The position numbers were made by a program, and so were the translations under genes. The notes under the pieces were generated by a model, which was given only the letters and a program-made list of their open reading frames with translations, ran no database searches and had not been told where the DNA came from. Positions 58,391 through 64,000 of a stretch of 64,000 nt of DNA are shown here, piece by piece. The stretch is taken from contig JAEWAX010000149.1 of NCBI GenBank assembly GCA_023391425.1, positions 177 to 64,176 of the forward strand, in the 5' to 3' direction. The stretch is from Bacillota bacterium. GTDB lineage: Bacteria > Bacillota > Clostridia > Acetivibrionales > DSM-1351. The first letter of the stretch is position 1. The number at the start of each line of letters is the position of its first letter.

Positions 58391-58691
58391 TTTATTAATC
58401 TTATTTATTCCCTTATTTTATCATGAATAAACAGAGTTCTTGGCTATTCTGAACCTATTCATGGTAACCCCTACTTATGTGAGCATAATCCCCTGAACCT
58501 CAGCAATTATGCGTATTGCTAAAATCTGGGGGGTTGTTTCATGTGTAAATCAGTGTTAACATAATGTTCGTACCCCGGTAGCTGATAAAATTATTACGCT
58601 GAATATTCTTGGCAAAGCATCATCGAAAAACGCTGATTAATGAGCATGAAGAAAGATCGTAAGAATTAATCAAAACTAATTGGAGGTAATT

Positions 58692-59684
58692 ATGAAAAAG
58701 AAAATATCAATCGTAACATCTAGTATTGCTGCATGTGCTATATTCGCATCACTATTTGCTGCTAATGCCTATACAGGTCAAAATGCAAAAGTTCAAAGCG
58801 ATGTAGCAACAGTTTCAAATACTGTGCAGGAATACAAAGTACCAAGCTCTGAAGTACCAAATAATGTTGAAACAGCAGCTACAGAAGTAACTAAGGATTT
58901 ACAGCCACAATCAACTACTCCTTCTACTACATCTGAAACAAAAGCTGTAAAGGTTAATACAACAAGTGTTAATAGTGGAAATAACAAACCATGTCCAACA
59001 ACAGCCAAAGCACAAAACTCAAATAATCAGCAAACTAATATCAAATCAGCGAAAGTAACTAATAATTTACAGAATGCTATAAATAATGCGAACTGTAATA
59101 AAACTACTGCCAAGACTAGAAATTATTCAGCACTACAATCAAAAATAGAAGCAATGCTATCTAATTTTGGATTATCAGCAAATACACCAACAATTAATAA
59201 TACAGCTACAAAACCTACTACAAGTAATGCAACTACTAATACTACAGCTGCTAAACCTACTACAAGCACGCCAACTACAAGTACGTCAACAAACGGGGAT
59301 TACAGTGCTTTTCAGAAGAAAGTACTTGAGCTAGTAAATGTTGAAAGAAGTAAAAATGGTTTAAAACCATTGACTATGAACGCAAACCTGAGCAAAACTG
59401 CGACACTTAAATCTCAAGATATGGCTAAATTAAATTACTTTAGTCATACTTCACCAACTTATGGATCACCATTTGATATGATGAAAAAATATGGTATCAG
59501 CTATAGAACTGCTGGAGAAAACATTGCAATGGGACAAACTACTCCAGAACAGGTTATGCAAGGTTGGATGAACTCTCCAGGCCACAGAGCAAATATCCTA
59601 AATTCCTCCTTTACACAGCTTGGTGTTGGAGTTGCAAAGAATTCTAATGGACAGTTATATTGGACACAACAATTTATTGGATAG
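58692..59684 (+). CDS. Secreted CAP/SCP-domain protein (YkwD-like) with a Thr/Asn-rich linker
   Basis: Signal peptide, low-complexity T/S/N region, and a C-terminal CAP domain (VNVERSKNGLKPL...FSHTSPTYGSPFDMM...GENIAMGQ...WMNSPGHRANIL). The ATG at 58692 follows GGAGGT. Confidence 0.8.
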   Translation: MKKKISIVTSSIAACAIFASLFAANAYTGQNAKVQSDVATVSNTVQEYKVPSSEVPNNVETAATEVTKDLQPQSTTPSTTSETKAVKVNTTSVNSGNNKPCPTTAKAQNSNNQQTNIKSAKVTNNLQNAINNANCNKTTAKTRNYSALQSKIEAMLSNFGLSANTPTINNTATKPTTSNATTNTTAAKPTTSTPTTSTSTNGDYSAFQKKVLELVNVERSKNGLKPLTMNANLSKTATLKSQDMAKLNYFSHTSPTYGSPFDMMKKYGISYRTAGENIAMGQTTPEQVMQGWMNSPGHRANILNSSFTQLGVGVAKNSNGQLYWTQQFIG

Positions 59685-59713
59685 GATAATGAAGATTAAA
59701 TCAAGATAGGGAA

Positions 59714-59751
59714 ATGGCAAGTCAGAGGAAAATCTGACTTGCCATTTTTTT
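59714..59751 (+). terminator. Intrinsic terminator after the CAP-domain gene
   Basis: ATGGCAAGTCAGA-ggaaaa-TCTGACTTGCCAT followed by TTTTTTT. Confidence 0.8.
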
Positions 59752-59826
59752 AAGTCAAGGATTGTTGTATGAAACGATTCCTTGTAATTCTTTATTCATA
59801 TAAAAATCATTTGTGAATTGCTATAG

Positions 59827-60261
59827 TTATTTTGCAGTTTTATTTTCCTTTAATAAGTCTCTTATTTCAGTTAGCATTTGAAGTTCAGCAGATGGAGCTG
59901 ACTCAACAACTTTAACTTCAACTTCTTCAACCTTTTTTCTTTTTAGCTTATTGATTAGTTTAACCATACAGAACACCACAAATGCAATTATTAGAAAATT
60001 AACAACTTGTTGAATAAAGGAGCCAAAGTAAATTGCCACCTCAGGATTCTTGCCTTCTGCTGGTTTAAGAGGAATTTTTAATAAATCAGTAAAATTAAGC
60101 CCACCTATTATAAAACCAATAAAGGGCATAACAACCTGATTCACCAATGAATTAACAATAGCTGTAAATGCAGAACCAATAATTATGCCAACAGCCAAAT
60201 CAATGACATTACCACGAGAAATAAACTCTTTAAACTCAGAAATAAAAGCTATTTTTTTCAT
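59827..60261 (-). CDS. mscL: Large-conductance mechanosensitive channel
   Basis: EFKEFISRGNVIDLAVGIIIGSAFTAIVNSLVNQVVMPFIG is the MscL signature region. The ATG at 60261 follows GAGGTGG. Confidence 0.9.
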   Translation of the reverse strand: MKKIAFISEFKEFISRGNVIDLAVGIIIGSAFTAIVNSLVNQVVMPFIGFIIGGLNFTDLLKIPLKPAEGKNPEVAIYFGSFIQQVVNFLIIAFVVFCMVKLINKLKRKKVEEVEVKVVESAPSAELQMLTEIRDLLKENKTAK

Positions 60262-60391
60262 AGTTTCCACCTCAAATAATTTGATTTAAACCATTTTATA
60301 GCTTTAGTATAGACTATTCTTATAACATATTCAATAAAGGTGATACGAAACACAATAATCGCTCTACTATGTATATCTTACCCGATTTATT

Positions 60392-60748
60392 TTAAATAAT
60401 TTCCTTTAAATCACTTTCTTTTTCTTTAATTTTTAAATAGTTCTTTCCCCATGAGCACATTGATTCAAGTATCGGCCACATACTTTTTCCAAAGTCCGAA
60501 AGATAATATTCCACTTTGGGTGGTACTACAGGATATACTTTTCGGATTATAAGTCCACTGTTTTCTAGGTCTCTAAGCTGCTGAGTCAACATCTTTGGAG
60601 TAGCTTGGTGAATCAATTTCTGCAATTGACTAAATCTCAAAATTTTATCTGATAGGTGCCATAATATGAGGGCTTTCCACTTACCCCCTATTAAATCAAT
60701 TGTTGCCTCCATCGGGCAACTGTATTTATCATTCATACATTTTGTCAT
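60392..60748 (-). CDS. HxlR-family transcriptional regulator
   Basis: CPMEATIDLIGGKWKALILWHL...RFSQLQKLI...TPKMLTQQLRDLENSGLIIRKVY is the HxlR winged-helix pattern. It is divergent from a nitroreductase gene. Confidence 0.85.
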   Translation of the reverse strand: MTKCMNDKYSCPMEATIDLIGGKWKALILWHLSDKILRFSQLQKLIHQATPKMLTQQLRDLENSGLIIRKVYPVVPPKVEYYLSDFGKSMWPILESMCSWGKNYLKIKEKESDLKEII

Positions 60749-60947
60749 ACTCAACACTCCATTATATAAGTTATGGTTTACAGTACCTATTTAGGTAGTA
60801 TTGCACTTAATTGTGCGTACTTGTAAAAAAGAAATTAGTTGTTACAATTATATCGAAGACTGTTATATTCTACAATATATTTTGTAAATGATAAGTAACA
60901 AATTTAAGTTCAGTGTGATTAATAATTTTTGAAATGGAGGAATGAAA

Positions 60948-61466
60948 GTGAGTTTTTTAGATTTAGCAAAGTCAAGATATTCTGTAAGAGATTTTCAAAG
61001 TAAAAAGGTGCAAAACGAAAAATTATTAGATATATTAGAGGCGGGCCGTGTCGCACCAACAGCAGCAAATCAGCAATCACAACGCTTAATTGTAGTTCAA
61101 GAACCTGATGGCTTAAGTAAATTATCCAAAGCAACTAATATCTATGGCGCTCCACTAGCAATTATTGTGTGTAGTGATAGGAATGTCGCATGGGAAAGAC
61201 CCTTTGATGGAAAAAGCATGGTTGATATAGACGCAAGTATTATCACAGATCACATGATGCTACAGGCTACAGATTTGGGTTTGGGAAGTTTATGGATTAC
61301 GTTCTTTAAACCAGATGTTATAAAGAAAGAATTTAATTTACCTGAAAATCTAGAACCTATTAATATTCTGGCTCTAGGCTACAAAAATGGAGAATCTCTT
61401 TCCCCTGATAGGCATAACATGACTCGTTATCCTTTAAATAAAACAGTCTTCTTCGAAAAGCTATAG
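60948..61466 (+). CDS. Nitroreductase family protein
   Basis: SRYSVRDF and ILEAGRVAPTAANQQSQRLIVV motifs. The start is either the GTG at 60948 (GGAGGA 6 nt upstream) or the ATG at 60942. Confidence 0.85.
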   Translation: MSFLDLAKSRYSVRDFQSKKVQNEKLLDILEAGRVAPTAANQQSQRLIVVQEPDGLSKLSKATNIYGAPLAIIVCSDRNVAWERPFDGKSMVDIDASIITDHMMLQATDLGLGSLWITFFKPDVIKKEFNLPENLEPINILALGYKNGESLSPDRHNMTRYPLNKTVFFEKL

Positions 61467-61539
61467 CTGAGCCAACAGCCTATTAATAGGGTTTTTGGCT
61501 TTAGGTGGAGTTCTTACTCCATCTGAAGCTTAGTTACAC

Positions 61540-61665
61540 ATATACTTGTAAGGTGCTAAGTTCAGAACAATTCATCTGAACTTAGTCTTCTTTATCCAGG
61601 GTCGTAGCATCGCTTATCCCACACTTATAGAAGTTTGGTTATTAGCGGTGGTAGACATCGGATAA
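61540..61665. repeat. Copy 2 of the unclassified conserved structured element (core 61592..61665)
   Basis: The core TTATCC...GGATAA encloses GGTCGTAGCATCGCTTATCCCACAC...ATTAGCGGTGGTAGACATC. It is preceded by the 11-bp hairpin CTAAGTTCAGA/TCTGAACTTAG. It matches 20096..20167. Confidence 0.6.
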
Positions 61666-61707
61666 AAGATGCCAATGCAAAATAATTTTGCATTGGTATC
61701 TTTTTTT
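61665..61707. terminator. Strong bidirectional intrinsic terminator
   Basis: AAAGATGCCAATGCAAAA-taat-TTTTGCATTGGTATCTTT (18 bp with one G.U) is followed by TTTTTC on the plus strand. On the minus strand the stem is followed by TTTTATCC. Confidence 0.8.
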
Positions 61708-62073
61708 CATCTATCCATGCACTAACCTTCACACAAAAAACACTTATCTATAATAATTTGAACACAAACAAGGTTTAGACTGTGAATATAGAAACAAATT
61801 AAACAACATTTTAGACTACGCCCTATCGCCGCATACACGACTATTTTAAAGTGTAATACCACATTTATAAATGCAAATTAGTATAAGCATATATTGCAGG
61901 AGGATTCGATAATGACAAAGCCACAAAAAAGAGTGTATAAAAAAGACTATTAGTAATCGTAATTGTTTAAATTATTATTAATTGCAGACCGTCTTTATAT
62001 CAAAACTCCCTGGAAGCTAAATACATATATATTACCAAGGAGTTTTTGTCTTATTTTGAATCAATGTTTTAAA

Positions 62074-62979
62074 TTATTCTGAAGTATTTTCAATATAAGC
62101 CATTTCTTCACTGCTAACATTCCCTACATATACAAAATTAAGCTTAGTTTTTAATAGTTTATACGCATTTTTCAAGTCTTCTAGTTCTGTCATCGGTCTA
62201 TCCATATGATATCTTGGAAAGTATCTCGAAACGTGTAGCACTATATCTTTGTTTACTGATGAAATAAACTCACCAAGCATATTAACTGTTTCATAACTAC
62301 TATTTTCACTAGGTATCAATAGAGTTGTAACCTCGATATGGCATCCCATAATGTTTGCTAGTTTTATCGTAGCCTTTACAGGCTCTATCCTACCCTTGCA
62401 TAATCTTCTGTAAAATTCGTCGTCACCTTTTAAATCAATATTCATTGCATCAACATAAGGAAGTAACTGCCTTAAGGGTTCTTCATTAATATACCCATTT
62501 GTCACTAGTACGACTTTGATATCGTTATTTTTTGTTTTTATTTCTTTTGCAACATCATAGACATATTCAAACCAAATAGAAGGTTCATTATAGGTAAAAG
62601 CTAATCCTATGCTATCCTTCTGTTTTAATACCATATTAACCATATCATCTACTGATACATACTGACTATCTGCCTGATATTGAGATATAGAATAGTTCTG
62701 GCAAAAACTACATTTAAAATTACATCCAAAACTGCCAATTGAAAGAATATATTCATCAGGGTAAAAATGATATAAAGGTTTCTTTTTAACTGAATCCATT
62801 GATAGTGAAGTAATCTCTCCATAATTAATAGTGAATAGCTTTAAATCATTATTCTCTTCACCGCATTCTCTAACACCACAAATACCCTTTTGATGTTTAG
62901 GAATAAGGCAGTTATGCGGACATAGATAGCATCTTACTTTGTTTTTTTCAATTTTATAAAATAGTGCTTCCTTTCTCAA
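62074..62979 (-). CDS. AmmeMemoRadiSam-system radical SAM enzyme
   Basis: 301 aa. N-terminal CYLCPHNCLIPKHQKGICGVR and the radical SAM cluster GCNFKCSFCQN are typical of this family. Confidence 0.8.
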   Translation of the reverse strand: MRKEALFYKIEKNKVRCYLCPHNCLIPKHQKGICGVRECGEENNDLKLFTINYGEITSLSMDSVKKKPLYHFYPDEYILSIGSFGCNFKCSFCQNYSISQYQADSQYVSVDDMVNMVLKQKDSIGLAFTYNEPSIWFEYVYDVAKEIKTKNNDIKVVLVTNGYINEEPLRQLLPYVDAMNIDLKGDDEFYRRLCKGRIEPVKATIKLANIMGCHIEVTTLLIPSENSSYETVNMLGEFISSVNKDIVLHVSRYFPRYHMDRPMTELEDLKNAYKLLKTKLNFVYVGNVSSEEMAYIENTSE

Positions 62980-63015
62980 GACTCCACCTCTTTGAATCTC
63001 TCTACCTTAAATCTT

Positions 63016-64000
63016 TCAATTAGGTTCACTTGATGCAATACCTGCTTTTTGAAGAGCAATAGAAACCTGCTGCTCTTTTGAATCTACTCCTTCTAGGTGT
63101 GGAAGCAAAAGTCCTCTCTTTCTACCACAAGTAACTATTACGCCATAATTATCTGGGTCTAATTCATTAAAACTGCACTTTTCTGCAGGGTACAATAAGT
63201 CAACAGAAATATCTATTTCATATAATTCATCTTCTCTTAAAGGTGAAAATCTAGGATCATTAAAGGCTGCTGAAAGTGAATTATTCAATATTTCTTCTCC
63301 CACTGAAGCTGTAACTGCCTCAATTGTACCAATGCAGCCCCTGAGCTCCCCTCTAATTTTTAATGAGACAAACACACCCTTTTTATCATTCAACAAATCT
63401 CTATCAGCAATATCTCCAACAGATAAAGATTTTCCTGTTTTGAAGTAATTGTCTATATTGTTTCTAGCAAGTTTTGTATAAGGATTGCCTTCCTTTAATC
63501 TTTTAACGTGCTTTGCCTTCCCCAATGACTTTAATTCATTATATATAGATTTTCCTTCTTTGGTTTTAAATTTAGCAACACAATACCCTACTCCAAAAGG
63601 CCCTTCATAACTCAGAATTTCCGCCTTTGCTTCCTTTTGTTCAAGTGTGCCTGCTAGAATATATAAGGACCTTAAACCACATTCCCCAGCTTCACTTATT
63701 AAAATTGGATCCAGACTGAACAGCTTCATAAGGTCCCCTTCCTCTAGCAGGTTTACAAGCTGTAAATCAAACTTTTTCCCGTAGGGGCTATATGAGTAAG
63801 GACCATCATTGGTCAGTCTGTGTGACAAATCACCAGATGCAATTATTGCGGCTTTAGTATTTGTTTTTTTGCAGGCCTTCTCTATTGCCATTCCGAAAGA
63901 ATATAATTCAATCGGAGATAACATTCCATATGTGATATGCACAATTTTATATTTTTCTTTATTCTTGATATGATATAGAGGTACTGCTGCCCCATGATCT
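63016..64000 (-). CDS. Fusion protein: class III extradiol dioxygenase-like (LigB/Memo superfamily) domain + AMMECR1 domain (AmmeMemoRadiSam protein A); 5' end outside the window
   Basis: The reading frame stays open to the window edge (..DHGAAVPLYHIKNKEKYKIVHITYG..ASGDLSHRL..). The C-terminal AMMECR1 motifs are GVFVSLKIRGELRGCIGT and GLLLPHL. Confidence 0.75.
   Translation of the reverse strand, partial: DHGAAVPLYHIKNKEKYKIVHITYGMLSPIELYSFGMAIEKACKKTNTKAAIIASGDLSHRLTNDGPYSYSPYGKKFDLQLVNLLEEGDLMKLFSLDPILISEAGECGLRSLYILAGTLEQKEAKAEILSYEGPFGVGYCVAKFKTKEGKSIYNELKSLGKAKHVKRLKEGNPYTKLARNNIDNYFKTGKSLSVGDIADRDLLNDKKGVFVSLKIRGELRGCIGTIEAVTASVGEEILNNSLSAAFNDPRFSPLREDELYEIDISVDLLYPAEKCSFNELDPDNYGVIVTCGRKRGLLLPHLEGVDSKEQQVSIALQKAGIASSEPN

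Noticed and set aside
58478-58533. The stretch TGAGCATAATCCCCTGAACCTCAGC vaguely recalls the TPP riboswitch CTGAGA...ACCC..TGAACCTGATC core.
   Set aside because: The conserved CTGAGA, GATCTGGATAATGCCAGCG and AGGGA blocks are absent. Neither flanking gene is thiamine-related.
58585-58603. AGCGTAATAATTTTATCAG (minus strand) has one half of a Firmicute Zur box (TCGTAAT) upstream of the ZIP transporter gene.
   Set aside because: Only one half-site matches and the other half is degenerate. It lies about 200 nt from the ZIP start codon.
60784-60797. The perfect 6-2-6 palindrome TACCTATTTAGGTA in the HxlR/nitroreductase divergent region was considered as an HxlR operator.
   Set aside because: It is plausible by position. 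However, a 6-bp inverted repeat is too short to separate from chance in AT-rich DNA without comparative data, so it is not reported as a feature.
61640-61707. ATTAGCGGTGGTAG (and ATTAGCGGTGGTTT at 20144) resembles the T-box core ATTAGGGTGGTACC. At 61.6 kb it is followed by a terminator, which suggested degenerate T-box leaders.
   Set aside because: There is an extra base in the core and no ACCGCG. There is no recognisable Stem I, specifier or AG-bulge features. No downstream gene lies on the plus strand at either locus. The genuine T-box at 32.6-33.0 kb shows what a real one looks like in this genome.

Overview
AT-rich (roughly 30% GC by eye) chromosomal segment of a spore-forming Clostridia-class Firmicute. 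About 80% of genes are on the minus strand. Most of the window is core housekeeping. This includes glgA, and the conserved block of TIGR03960 radical SAM, TIGR03936, RNase G/E, rplU, prp, rpmA, obg and yhbY. It also includes thrC, an ACT-domain gene, hom, folC, pgi, pheST with a Phe T-box leader, prfC, and four tRNAs (Pro-CGG, Gln-UUG, Lys-UUU, His-GUG). About 33.0-41.0 kb looks accessory: decayed response-regulator/ABC fragments, two unknown genes, a hydrolase, and an intact LytTR-DUF3021-ABC module. A LacI-regulated GH94 phosphorylase follows. No transposase, integrase, phage gene, CRISPR array or recognisable defence system was found. The most unusual items are listed below. (1) A 184-nt locally GC-rich structured unit is repeated 2.25 times in tandem between the ACT gene and hom; it carries the hom Shine-Dalgarno and a perfectly complementary anti-SD. 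(2) A second conserved structured element of about 75-130 nt is present at two unlinked intergenic loci (20.1 kb and 61.6 kb). (3) Two [FeFe]-hydrogenase-like sensory proteins are present: one fused to a chemoreceptor signalling domain, one inside an hfs-like DRTGG/kinase/PHP cluster with no hydrogenase next to it. (4) An AmmeMemoRadiSam locus carries a dioxygenase-like/AMMECR1 fusion. All protein calls rest on motif recognition by eye in the supplied translations. All identities and structures were estimated manually, with no database search.
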